DNA of 64,000 nt from NCBI GenBank assembly GCA_963823035.1, contig CAWGKG010000004.1:96001-160000 (forward strand), given 5' to 3'. Below, one piece after another: positions 19,045 through 28,838 of this stretch (the stretch's first letter is position 1; every line of letters begins with the position of its first letter). The position numbers were made by a program, and so were the translations under genes. The notes below the pieces were generated by a model, which saw only the letters and a list, made by a program, of their open reading frames with translations, searched no databases and was not told where the DNA came from. This DNA comes from an uncultured Gemmatimonadales bacterium. Lineage in GTDB: Bacteria; Gemmatimonadota; Gemmatimonadetes; Longimicrobiales; Gaopeijiaceae.

Positions 19045-20133
19045 CTACGCCGTCGGGCTCATGGTGTAGCCGAGCCAGGTGAGCACGAGGATGTACGCCA
19101 GAGCGGCGAGCGTGAGCCAGGTCCAGAGCGGCTTCGGCTTCTGCCCCGGAGCCGGTCGGTCCAGGAAGGGGATGAACAGAAGGACCATGCCCACCAGCCC
19201 GAAGGCGACGACGCCCACGAGGTCGCCGTCGATGCCCAGGATCTTGCTGGGGAGGTACTTCAGCGTCTGGAACATGAACATGAAGTACCACTCGGGACGG
19301 ATCCCCGCGGGCGCGGCGGCGAAGGGGTCGGCCTTCTCCCCGAGGTGCGCGGGCACGAGGGCCGCCATGGCCGACAGGATCGCCAACGCCGCCAGCCAAC
19401 CCATGAGGTCGCGCATGAAGAAGCTGGGGAAGAACTTCATCGTGCGCAGCGGGCGACCTTCGGCCTCCACGCTCGGCGGAACGCTCATCCCGAGGCGCTG
19501 GACCAGGAGGACGTGCACGGTCACCAGGAGGAACGCGATGGCCGGGAGCACCGAGATGTGGAACATGTAGAAGCGCGTCAGCGTCGCGCCCGAGACGTCG
19601 TCGCCTCCACGCAGCAACGTCCTTATGAACGGACCCACCACCGGCGTCACACCCGGGATCTCCGTGCCGACGCGGGTCGCGAAGAAGGCGAGCTCGTTCC
19701 AGGGCAGCAGGTACCCGGTGAAGCCCAGCCCGAGGGCGACGAAGAGGAGCAACACGCCGGTGATCCAGGTCAGCTCACGCGGCTTCCGGTAGGCCTTCAG
19801 GAGCAGCACGCTGAAGAGGTGCACGAAGGCCATGAAGATCATGAGGTTGGCACCCCAGGAGTGGATGGAGCGCACCAACCACCCGAACCGCACCTCGGAC
19901 ATGAGGAATTGCACCGACTCGAAGGCTCCCTCCGAGCTGGGCCGGTAGTACAGGAGCAGGAGGATCCCCGTGCCCACCTGCAGGAAGAAGAGGAAGAGCG
20001 CCATGCCGCCGAGGTAGTACCAGAAGGAGTGCTTGTGGATGGGCACCTCCTTCTTGCGCATCAAGGGGAGGATCGCGCTGAAGCCGAGACGGGTGTCCAG
20101 CCAGCGGAGGACCCCCCTCACCATCTCCTTCAC
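19045..20133 (-). CDS. qcrB: Cytochrome b of a Rieske/cytochrome b complex (unsplit b6+subunit IV-like)
   Basis: Heme ligand pairs H-X13-H ([10 protein letters not shown]) and H-X14-H (FHISV..VH), plus [15 protein letters not shown] and PEWY. Confidence 0.95.
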   Translation of the reverse strand: MKEMVRGVLRWLDTRLGFSAILPLMRKKEVPIHKHSFWYYLGGMALFLFFLQVGTGILLLLYYRPSSEGAFESVQFLMSEVRFGWLVRSIHSWGANLMIFMAFVHLFSVLLLKAYRKPRELTWITGVLLLFVALGLGFTGYLLPWNELAFFATRVGTEIPGVTPVVGPFIRTLLRGGDDVSGATLTRFYMFHISVLPAIAFLLVTVHVLLVQRLGMSVPPSVEAEGRPLRTMKFFPSFFMRDLMGWLAALAILSAMAALVPAHLGEKADPFAAAPAGIRPEWYFMFMFQTLKYLPSKILGIDGDLVGVVAFGLVGMVLLFIPFLDRPAPGQKPKPLWTWLTLAALAYILVLTWLGYTMSPTA

Positions 20134-20612
20134 GCCGACACGCTCACGACGATCTGGTCGCCGCGCACATTGACGTCATAGGGTGTGAGCGGGCGGGGCG
20201 GCGGACCCTCGATGTTGCGGCCGCTCTGGTCGTAGTGGCCGTTGTGGCAGGCACACCAGATCTGATGCAGGTCGTCGCGGTACTGCACCGTGCAGTCCAG
20301 ATGCGTGCAGCGGGCGGAAAAGGCGCGCAATTCTCCCGAGTCGGTGCGGATCAGGATGCCCGGTTTGCTCCCGAACCTGAAGATGCGACCCGAGTTGTTG
20401 GGCATCTCGGCCGGGGTGAAGGCCAGCGCCACCGAGCTGACCGCTGACTCCGCCACTTTGGGCGGGACGATGTAGCGCGTTATCGGATAGAGCACCGCCG
20501 CGAGCAGGCCTCCCGCGCTCGTTCCGAGCAACCAGTTGAGGAAGCGCTTGCGACTGAACCCGCGCGGGCGCTCGCCGGAAGGGCTCCCCGCCGATCCCTT
20601 TCCCTGAGTCAT
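20130..20612 (-). CDS. qcrA: Rieske [2Fe-2S] subunit of a Rieske/cytochrome b complex
   Basis: Tat-like SRKRFLN plus TM helix, CTHLDC and CACH boxes, GPPPRPL. Confidence 0.93.
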   Translation of the reverse strand: MTQGKGSAGSPSGERPRGFSRKRFLNWLLGTSAGGLLAAVLYPITRYIVPPKVAESAVSSVALAFTPAEMPNNSGRIFRFGSKPGILIRTDSGELRAFSARCTHLDCTVQYRDDLHQIWCACHNGHYDQSGRNIEGPPPRPLTPYDVNVRGDQIVVSVSA

Positions 20613-20614
20613 CG

Positions 20615-22358
20615 TTATCGGTCTCCTTTCTTTCCGCCAGGGCTCCGAGTGGCGTACGCGTCGACGTTGCGTCGTGCGGCGGCGAGCTCGCTACGCTCCA
20701 CGTGCAGGAGCTTCGCGAGCGCTTCGAACAACACCACCTCGTGGCGCGCGAGGTCGTCGTCGGAGTACACGAGGAGCCATACCTCCTCGAGCAGGACGCG
20801 CATCTGCTCTTCCGTGTACGCCTCGGACATCAACGCCGAAAGGCGGCCGTTCTCCACGGGCTCCGTTCGAATGCGCGCCACCACGTCGAGGAGGCGCTCG
20901 GCGGCGCTGGGCGCCAGCCCGTACTCGCGCTGCACCAGCGATACCAGGTGCCGGCGGTCCTCGTCCGACAGCGCCGCGGAGGCCTCGAGGAGCGCGGCGC
21001 TCGCGGCGAGACGGAGGTGCTCTCCCGCGGGCAACGGTCGATCACCGGCCTTCAGCTCCTGCTCGAAGTAGGCCCGGCAGGCACCCAGAATCTCCTCGGC
21101 CCGTGCCTCGTTGTCGCGCATCTTCATGAAGATGGCGGCGATGAGCAGGAGGATGATGCCGGCCGAGATCGCCAGACCCACGCGCCGGAAGCTGTGCTCC
21201 TCCATCGCCGCGTCGCCCTGCTGCAGACCGGATGCGGCCACCGCGAGCCCGGCGTCCACCACGGTTTTGACCGAATCCAGATGGAACGAGTGGATCGCGG
21301 CACGCGCCTTGGTGATGTCGGTGTTCACGTTGTCGAGCTCGAAGAGATCCTGGCTCACCTCCATTCCCGCATCGCGCGCTCGGAGCAGAATGCTGCGGCT
21401 CTCCGCAGCGGACGAGGTGAGCGAGTCGAGAAGCCCCTCCATCGCCGGGAACACCTGGGCGTTCGGGTCGCCCGAGCCGTGGCATGTCGAGCAGACCTGC
21501 TTCGCGCGCGCGCCGAGGTTCGCGTCGGACGTCTTCTGGATCGCGTGGTGATCGTGGCAGGTAGCGCAGCCTGGCAGGTCGGCCTGCTCGAACACCGCGC
21601 GGTGTCCACTGCCGTCGAAGAGGTCGCCCTGGACCGCGTGGCACTGTCCGCACACGTAGCGGATCGACCCCACCCCCGGGGGCGCGGCGCCGTGGTTGCC
21701 GTGGCAGTCGTTGCACACCGGCGCGGAGAGGTCGCCCTGATCGAAGATCATGCGGCCGTGAACGCTGTTCCGGTACTTCTCGAGCTGGTCGGTTCCGAGG
21801 CCGTGGCGCGTCATGCGCTGGGGGTCGGAGTGGCACGCGCCGCACGTCTCCGGGACGTTCAGCGGGTACGTGCCCGCCGCCGGGTCGGACGGCGGCCGGA
21901 TCTGATGGACCTTGTGGCAGTCCGAGCACGTCGCGACGTCCGGGTCGTTGAGGTCCCTCAGGCGCCGCCCATGGTCCGAGGTCCAGTACTCCGTGACCTG
22001 GTCGACCCGGATGCTCGGGTTGTACTGGCGCATGAATTCGGCGTCCGAGTGGCATCGTCCGCAGAGCGCCGGAATGTCCCGGCGAGCCGGCGCGTGCAGG
22101 AACCCCGTCGTCGGGTCCATCCCTCCGTGGGCATCGGGACCGTGGCAGTCCAGGCAGCCGAACCCCTTCTCGGCGTGGATGTCGGACGGGAAGTTCCGGG
22201 CCGGGGCGGCGAGCCGTTCATCGTCCAGCCCCAGGTGGCACTGGACGCACTCCTCGGAGGTCGGCGGGGACTGGGCCCGCTAGCGGCGTGGCGAGCGCGC
22301 CGGCGAGAAAGGCGTAGGCAGTGACGTGGAGCCGGAGGCTCCGCCGCCGCCGGGTCAC
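20615..22358 (-). CDS. Nonaheme cytochrome c with C-terminal TM helix and TerB-like domain (frameshift near 22278)
   Basis: Nine CxxCH (CVQCH, CLDCH, CGRCH, CSDCH, CGACH, CNDCH, CGQCH, CATCH, CSTCH), TM VGLAISAGIILLLIAAIF, then a TerB-like tail LLEEVWLLVYSDDDLARHE..LAKLL. Confidence 0.85.
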
Positions 22359-23785
22359 GGTTCGCCACCCGGGATGCTGAGGTGGCACGGGAGACAGCTG
22401 AGGCGCCCCGCGTCTCCGAGCCGCGACGGGTCGAAGCCCGGCCCGTGCGGGTTGATGCCCGGTCCTTCCAGCGCTCCGTGGCATTGCAGGCAGTCGGACT
22501 GCGAGTGACAGGTCACGCACCCGTTCAGCCCCTGGCGGGCCGCCTGACCGTGCGCGACCACCCAGAACGGGGTCGCGTCGTGGAAGCCACCGGCGCTCCC
22601 GTCCCGCGGGGCGAGGCCCGCGGCTCCGTGACAGGCGCGGCAGAAGACCTCCTGGCTGTGGCACGACGTGCACTCGACCTCGGACGCATACGCATCCGTT
22701 CCGTGCCGGTCGACGAAGTCGGGCGGGTGGAAGCCCGGCGTGGAAGCGCCCGCGTGGCACTGTGCGCAGAAGTCCTGGGCGTGGCAGCTCGAGCAGGTGG
22801 ATCCTCCGGCGGCGGCGTCGATTCCGTGGCCGGTCTGGAACCCGCTCGGATGGACCTCGGCCGCGGCCGAGATCGGGATCCGGGCCCCGCGCGGGTCATC
22901 GCTGGGCAGAGACGGCAGCGACGCGAGGATCGCCAGGCCCCCCGCGTGACACGTGGCGCAGCTCGACCGTTCGTGGCAGTTCGCGCACGTGGCCGCGCTC
23001 TGGAGCGCCGACGCCCCGTGATTCCGCCGCCAGTCGCTCGCGTCGTGGTGCGACGGTGGGGTCGGGTACGCGGGCGGTAGCGCGGCCACGTTCTCGGCGA
23101 CCCGGGGATCCTGGGGCAGCGCCTGGATCGCGGCGACGTCGTTCCCGTTCATGTGGCAACGCGTGCAGCTCTCGCGCGCGTGGCAGACCGAGCAGGTGGC
23201 CGTCGCGCCTTCCGGAGTCGGGCCGTGGGAGGACAGGAAGCCGGTGCTGTCGTGCCAGGCGGGTTTCGGAAACGCGGCCACCGCGGCTGCGGACAGACGG
23301 CCGGCCTGGGAAACCGGGACGTGGCACTGGAGGCAATCCCGGTCGGCCGCCAGGTGCGAGTCCCCCTCGTGGCACATGAGGCAGGCATCGGGTTGGGGCG
23401 GGCCCACCGCCATCCGGCCACTCTGCTCCGGTTGCTCGTGGCACAGAGAGCACGCGCCCTGCGGGTCGCTGTCGTCCCCGGTGATGCTGAAGTGCGTCGG
23501 GTGGGAGAAGCTCATGTTGCTCGGGGGCGGCTCGGTCGGACGTGACCAGTTCACCCTCCGGATCAAGGTGCCGTCGTGACAGCCGGCACACGCCCTCGCC
23601 TCGGGGTAGATCGAACCGGCCGCGCCCGAGGCTATGCCCTCGTGACAGCCGAGGCAGGATGGGAAGAGGCCCTCGTGCCGGGAGTGGGGGAAGGTGTCGC
23701 GCGCCTGGCCGCCGACCCAGGCGGCCGCTACGAGGGCGCACAGCAGCGCCCCGACCGACGTGGACACCGCCTGCCGCGCATTCAT
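22355..23785 (-). CDS. Hexadecaheme cytochrome c, exported
   Basis: Signal peptide and 16 CxxCH motifs, many in pairs preceded by H..HG. Start overlaps the upstream stop (ATGA). Confidence 0.9.
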   Translation of the reverse strand: MNARQAVSTSVGALLCALVAAAWVGGQARDTFPHSRHEGLFPSCLGCHEGIASGAAGSIYPEARACAGCHDGTLIRRVNWSRPTEPPPSNMSFSHPTHFSITGDDSDPQGACSLCHEQPEQSGRMAVGPPQPDACLMCHEGDSHLAADRDCLQCHVPVSQAGRLSAAAVAAFPKPAWHDSTGFLSSHGPTPEGATATCSVCHARESCTRCHMNGNDVAAIQALPQDPRVAENVAALPPAYPTPPSHHDASDWRRNHGASALQSAATCANCHERSSCATCHAGGLAILASLPSLPSDDPRGARIPISAAAEVHPSGFQTGHGIDAAAGGSTCSSCHAQDFCAQCHAGASTPGFHPPDFVDRHGTDAYASEVECTSCHSQEVFCRACHGAAGLAPRDGSAGGFHDATPFWVVAHGQAARQGLNGCVTCHSQSDCLQCHGALEGPGINPHGPGFDPSRLGDAGRLSCLPCHLSIPGGEP

Positions 23786-25260
23786 GGCTGCCTCCCCTGG
23801 ACCGCCGACAGACCCGGCTCGGGCCCGATCGTCCAGTCCAGCCGGACCGTCAGGCGGAGCTGGCTCCAGTCGGGTACGGTTCCCGCGTCTCTCGTACGAT
23901 GGTGATACCACGCGGCCGAAGCGGACGCGCGGCTCCGCGCACCGAGGGGAGCTGCGGCATCGGCGCCGAGTCCCCATACGGTGCCCTCGGCTACGCGGAA
24001 CTCGTAGGCCGTCTGGAACGCGGTGGCGTTGAAGCCGACGTAGGCGCCTTCGCCCAGTCGTCGCTGCACGCCAGCCGACGTGGACGACTTCGCGGATCCG
24101 AAGCCGACGTCCGCGTGGTAGGAACCCTGCAGCGTCCAGAGCGGAGCGATGCCCAGGGCGCCGGACAGACCCACGCGCCAACCGTCGGTGCGGTATTCGC
24201 CGAAGCTCGTGCTGGTCCCCGCGTCCGGGTAGGTCCGGTAGGCGGCCTGCGCCTCGACGCGTGCCGAGCGTCGCGCCAGGCGCCACGCGCCGGTAACGCC
24301 GGCTTCCTTGAATCCGACGGGGCTGAAGGCGCCCCAGATCGTCCACAACTCGAAGAACGGCTTGTACGTGCGGGCCCAGGCGGTGAGGGCGAGCGCCCGG
24401 GATGCGTCCCACCGCAGGCGGAGAAGCGACTCGTTGAGCTCACGAGAGGCCAGGTCCGCCTTGAGGGACGCGTCGACCTGCCCCCAACGGGTCCGGTAGA
24501 GTCCGTCCGCGGCGAATCGCTCGGAGTAGAGTGCCGACGAGTCGGCGCGGAACTCCCGCTGGTACTGGACGCTGAGGCTGCGGCCCGGCGCGGCGCGGTA
24601 GGAGACCTGCGATCCGACCAGCCAGGCGCGTCCGTCGGGCACCAGGGACTCGAGGGCGGCGACCGCGCCGCTGTTGATCGGCTCGTTCAGACCCCTCACC
24701 AGGCTGCGTCCTCCGTAGGCCTGGATGTTGAACCCGCCGCCGGCGCGCACGAGGGCCGAGGCGCCGTCGAAGTTGTAGTAGCCGAGCCCCGACACCGACC
24801 ACTGGCGACCGGCGCGCATGCGCAAGCGCGTGCGGTCGAGCTCGGCGTAGGCGACGAGCGCGTCGAAGCGGTCGGCCTCCCGCGGCCACAGGGAGTCCGC
24901 ACCGGCCAGGACGCCCCTGCCGCGGAGCTGCGCGTAGATCCGGACCCCCCGTCCGAGACCCCAGGCGCTGAGGGTCAGATCCTGCACGACCGGAACCGTC
25001 GAGACCGGGTCGGCGGAGCGGATGAAGCGACAGACCGGGTCCCCCGTGATGCACTGAACGACGCTTCCGTCCGGAGCGCGGCGCAGCAGGCCGTCTCCGG
25101 AAACCTCGGTGGCCGGGATGCTGTCGCGGATCCAGCTCCCGACCTCCACGTACCGAAGGGTCGTCGTTCCACCGACCCGCACCGTCTGGGCGCCGGCGGC
25201 GATGGGTGTGAGGAGGAGGATCAACGGGCCCGCGCGGAGCTTCCTGGCGAGCGCGGTCAT
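23782..25260 (-). CDS. Predicted outer-membrane beta-barrel (porin) of a porin-cytochrome cluster
   Basis: Signal peptide AAGAQ, repeated amphipathic beta-strands rich in Y/W/F/G/R, no heme motifs, located between multiheme genes. Confidence 0.7.
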   Translation of the reverse strand: MTALARKLRAGPLILLLTPIAAGAQTVRVGGTTTLRYVEVGSWIRDSIPATEVSGDGLLRRAPDGSVVQCITGDPVCRFIRSADPVSTVPVVQDLTLSAWGLGRGVRIYAQLRGRGVLAGADSLWPREADRFDALVAYAELDRTRLRMRAGRQWSVSGLGYYNFDGASALVRAGGGFNIQAYGGRSLVRGLNEPINSGAVAALESLVPDGRAWLVGSQVSYRAAPGRSLSVQYQREFRADSSALYSERFAADGLYRTRWGQVDASLKADLASRELNESLLRLRWDASRALALTAWARTYKPFFELWTIWGAFSPVGFKEAGVTGAWRLARRSARVEAQAAYRTYPDAGTSTSFGEYRTDGWRVGLSGALGIAPLWTLQGSYHADVGFGSAKSSTSAGVQRRLGEGAYVGFNATAFQTAYEFRVAEGTVWGLGADAAAPLGARSRASASAAWYHHRTRDAGTVPDWSQLRLTVRLDWTIGPEPGLSAVQGRQP

Positions 25261-26078
25261 CGGACATCCCCTCCCGTCTCGGGCCAATGGCACGATCTAC
25301 AGTCCTTTCCCGGCTGATGGTCGGTCCGATCGCGGTGGCAGACCAGGCAGGCCGAACGAGATTCCGGAAGGCCCGCCACGGCGGCCTCCGCGTGGCATCC
25401 GGCGGCGGAGCACCCTTCGTGCACGCTCAGGCCGTGCACACCGGCGGGCGGTGCGGCGTGGCAGGATGCGCAGTCGGCGTCGGGCCGATGATGGTTCTGG
25501 TGACACGAGCCACAGGCTCGGTCCGGAGTGAGGAGCGGGGGCTCCCGGTGACAGGAGGCGCACTCCACGCTCCCGTGTCGTGCGTGGTCGAAGGGAAGGG
25601 AGACGGTGCGAGGCGTCTTCCACACGGTGAGTTGGATGGAGCGCTCGACCGTTCTGGCCGGCACCGGAGCGTGGCACGTGGCGCAGGCGCGCTCCTGGCG
25701 CGGGCCGTGGTGGCAGCTCTGGCACCCCTCGCGCGACATCGTGCTGGTGGCGTCGACCGTCGGGGGGACGTGACACGAGCTGCAGGCGACGGCGGCGTGG
25801 GTCGCGTGGCCCTGGATCGTCGCGTGGCACTCCCGGCATTCGACGGCCGCGTGCGCCTTGTGCGGGAATCGTGGAGCGACCGTACCCTGGCTCGGCGTGA
25901 GCGTAGCAGGTCGCACGACGTCGGCTGCGGCCGCGGTGGCTCCACCCTGGGGGGCGGACACGACGGGTGGAGCCGCAGGCTCCGCGGCCGCGGCGGCCGC
26001 ATCCGGCGGGGGCGCACCCCGGCAGGCCACGGCCGTAGCGGCCAGGCAAAGACAGATCAGGATCCGGGCGTTCTTCAT
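25257..26078 (-). CDS. Decaheme cytochrome c lipoprotein (c3/c7-like repeats)
   Basis: Lipobox AVAC, Ala/Pro linker, nine CxxCH plus one CX4CH (CSAAGCH), FPH..H and FDH..H distal ligand motifs. Confidence 0.9.
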   Translation of the reverse strand: MKNARILICLCLAATAVACRGAPPPDAAAAAAEPAAPPVVSAPQGGATAAAADVVRPATLTPSQGTVAPRFPHKAHAAVECRECHATIQGHATHAAVACSSCHVPPTVDATSTMSREGCQSCHHGPRQERACATCHAPVPARTVERSIQLTVWKTPRTVSLPFDHARHGSVECASCHREPPLLTPDRACGSCHQNHHRPDADCASCHAAPPAGVHGLSVHEGCSAAGCHAEAAVAGLPESRSACLVCHRDRTDHQPGKDCRSCHWPETGGDVR

Positions 26079-26153
26079 CGTGGGAGCGTTCCCTCTTCCC
26101 GGCGGTCGGAGCCCTTCACGGCTCCACGTGCTCGACAGAATGGGGACATGCGC

Positions 26154-27554
26154 TCAGCGCCGCACGCCCAGGAGGTTGTCGAGGACCAGGGCCGGGCTCG
26201 CCACGAGCCCGTAGTCCTGCTCCATCTGCTGGATGGAGGCGGTGAGCAGGGCCTCCAGCAGGACCGGATTGTGCACGACCGATCCAGACAGGTCCGCCAG
26301 CCGGGCGTTGAACTTGGCGCCTTCGGCCGTGGTGGTCACACCGTCGCCCGAGAAGAACGCGCTCGAGGGGGCCTGCTGCAGGAGCTTGTCCAGCTCCGCG
26401 GCCAGGCTTCGGATCCGCTCGCCGTCGAAGGCGAGGAACAGCCGGGCCGTGCTGCTCGACGTGTGGCAGCCGGCCCCGAGGCACCCCTGGAAGTCACGCT
26501 GCCCCACATCGCAGTCCGCCGTCGTGGGCAGACCCTCGTCGTTCGGGCACGGGATCGCCTGGAAGAGGTGTCCCGTGGACCGATAGGTGACCTCGCCGGT
26601 GGCCGGATCCGTGACGTTGGCGCGGTTCATGTGGCAGGTGGCGCACAGCCCGGGGTTGGCGCTCCCGTGCGGCATGATGAACTCCTGCGTGGCCGACATG
26701 AAGTCCGGCGGACGCCACCCCGCCTGGCCGAGGAGGAGCGGACCCTGCGGCGAGTGCGGGCCGAGCGAGGACGACGGATCCGGCACGGAGCGGAGCTGAT
26801 GGCACTTCATGCAGAGATTCGTCGCGACGTTCGGTACGTCGATCGGAAAGCGCAGGTCGTGCTCGTTGGCCGCGTCGTGCGGATCGTGACAGACCGCGCA
26901 CACGATGGGAATCACGCCTTCCTGGTCCTGCTCCACGTACGGGGCATCGACGCCCCACGCTGCCAGGATCCCGCGCGTCTCGTGGCATTGCGTGCAGGAC
27001 GGGTTTCGTTGCGCGAAGTTCGCGGTGGTGGCGTGGCTCGACTGTGCCCACTCCTCCACGTAGGGGTATTGGGCGCCCTGGTGACACTCCCCGCATCCAT
27101 GGTCCAGGTCCGCGCCCACCAGGATCGACGCCAGGGGCCGCGTGGCATCGGGGTTCGTTACGTGCTCGAGCCCCGGACCGTGGCACGACTCGCATTGGAC
27201 GTCCTCGTAGCGGGCGTCGCGCGTGGCCACCCAGCCGGCCGGGTCATCGACGGCGTTTCCCTTCCCATCGACGGCATGGCACGCTTCACAGGATTCCTCG
27301 GCCAGCCCGCTGCTCTGCAGCGAGTCCCAGGCGCTGGCGTGCTTCGTGCTCTTCCACTCCTCGTACGGTCCGCCGTGACAGCCCCGGCACACAGGGGTCT
27401 TCGCTCCGACGTCGCTGTAGCCCAGGAACCCCTCGGCCGCCGTGACCGGCTCCGTGTAGAGATTCCGCTGGACGAACGCATTCTCCGTATCCACGCAGGC
27501 GGCCGCCAGCAGGCACACCGAGGTCAGCAACCCTGCGGATCGAAGAGATCCCAT
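26154..27554 (-). CDS. Multiheme cytochrome c lipoprotein (8 CxxCH + 1 CX4CH)
   Basis: Lipobox LAAAC. Motifs CRGCH, CEACH, CESCH, CGECH, CTQCH, CAVCHDPH, CMKCH, CATCH and CLGAGCH, with W..[ST].HA c554-like modules. Confidence 0.9.
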   Translation of the reverse strand: MGSLRSAGLLTSVCLLAAACVDTENAFVQRNLYTEPVTAAEGFLGYSDVGAKTPVCRGCHGGPYEEWKSTKHASAWDSLQSSGLAEESCEACHAVDGKGNAVDDPAGWVATRDARYEDVQCESCHGPGLEHVTNPDATRPLASILVGADLDHGCGECHQGAQYPYVEEWAQSSHATTANFAQRNPSCTQCHETRGILAAWGVDAPYVEQDQEGVIPIVCAVCHDPHDAANEHDLRFPIDVPNVATNLCMKCHQLRSVPDPSSSLGPHSPQGPLLLGQAGWRPPDFMSATQEFIMPHGSANPGLCATCHMNRANVTDPATGEVTYRSTGHLFQAIPCPNDEGLPTTADCDVGQRDFQGCLGAGCHTSSSTARLFLAFDGERIRSLAAELDKLLQQAPSSAFFSGDGVTTTAEGAKFNARLADLSGSVVHNPVLLEALLTASIQQMEQDYGLVASPALVLDNLLGVRR

Positions 27555-27760
27555 GGCACCACTCCCCATCATAGGTCGGTCCCGCAGCCCGCAATAGAAG
27601 TACAGTGGTCCGCCTCGTGCGCGCCACCGGGAGCGATGATCCTCGGAGAAGTCGCCGGGCGACTCGGAACGCGACGCCCGCACCCGCGCAGCGGGCATCA
27701 CCAGACAACAGGCTACGGGGTTACGGACACCCTCCGCTGTCGGGACATCGCTGACTTCGA

Positions 27761-27780
27761 CGTGGGGCTTTGGCCCCACG
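27761..27780. promoter_or_regulatory. Palindrome upstream of the cytochrome operon (operator or terminator hairpin)
   Basis: CGTGGGGC-TTTG-GCCCCACG perfect 8-bp inverted repeat. Confidence 0.4.
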
Positions 27781-27823
27781 CACGGAAGAGGTTCGCGGCG
27801 CCGGCCCGGACGATCCCCGAGCT

Positions 27824-28568
27824 CTAGAGGATGGTCTCGCTCGATGTCGTACCGTCCCACACCGAGGCGAAGTGCCGGTGCAGGTAGTGGAGGACCACGA
27901 CGATGACGGGGAGGGCGATCCAGAGGGTTGCCACCAGTGCCAGGATCAGCGAGCCGAGGCCCGTGACCCTGAACTCGGTCAGCCAGAACTCCGGGTGGTA
28001 GCGGACGAACACCACGGCGAAGAGCGCCGCTGCGACCACCAGGAGGAGGGCTCCCGGACGGCTCTCACGCCAGCGACAGAAGGCGGAGCAAAACGCCTCC
28101 CATCCCTCTACGGCGGCCCAACAACAGGTTGCCGACACCGACGACCCAACCAGCCGCCGCGAGTAGGGTGCTGCTCCACACGTGCAACGAGAGGACGGCG
28201 GAGGTCAGGGAGATCCACGCGGTGGCGACCCACGCAACCACCAGGACCGGAATCGAGAGCACGATGCCGGCCATGATCGCTCGGATCGTGGCCGCGGTGC
28301 CCGCTCCTTCTGGACGACCGAGGTAGGCGAGGATGGACCCGTGGATCAGGCCGCCAGCGGCCCCGATGAGGAAGAGGACCGGAGCCAGCGGAAGGAGGCC
28401 CTGCGACATCTCGGGGCTACCCAGCGCGGCGACGCCGATCAGGAGTCCGCCGGCGGTGATCCCCCCCGCCGCGACCCACGAGACCACGACCCTCGTGCTG
28501 CGGGACGTCTCTCTGATGAGGGACTCACGGGCGGTGCTTGCGACGCCGGATTCCGCTGGCTGGTTCAT
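27824..28568 (-). CDS. Hypothetical multi-pass membrane protein (frameshift near 28135)
   Basis: About six hydrophobic helices across two frames. Paralog of the adjacent gene. Confidence 0.7.
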
Positions 28569-28738
28569 GGCTCGACCTCAGTCCCGGATCCACCGACGGG
28601 TCGAGTCGGCATTCCGGATTGACGTTTTGTCCCCTGCTATGATCAGCGCCGTTCGGCGCGTTGGGACCGGCGTTTCGAGCCATCTTACCATCCCCACCCC
28701 ACCTTCCGACGTAGTCTAGGGCGGGTCCGAAAGGGGTC

Positions 28739-28771
28739 GCTGTAGTACGAAGGTTGAAATGCCTGTGGGGA
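28739..28771. repeat. Conserved 33-bp upstream element, copy 1
   Basis: GCTGTAGTACGAAGGTTGAAATGCCTGTGGGGA, 27/33 identical to 29535-29567. Confidence 0.7.
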
Positions 28772-28838
28772 GCCCTACGCGTCCGTAGGACTTGACGGCG
28801 GACACGTCCGTAGGGAATCCGTCGCCGGCGGCGTTCGA

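Noticed and set aside
19045..27554. Assignment as MtrCAB, NrfA/HAO or alternative complex III
   Set aside because: Heme counts and barrel size differ from MtrCAB, there is no CxxCK, and there are no molybdopterin-like or NrfD subunits.
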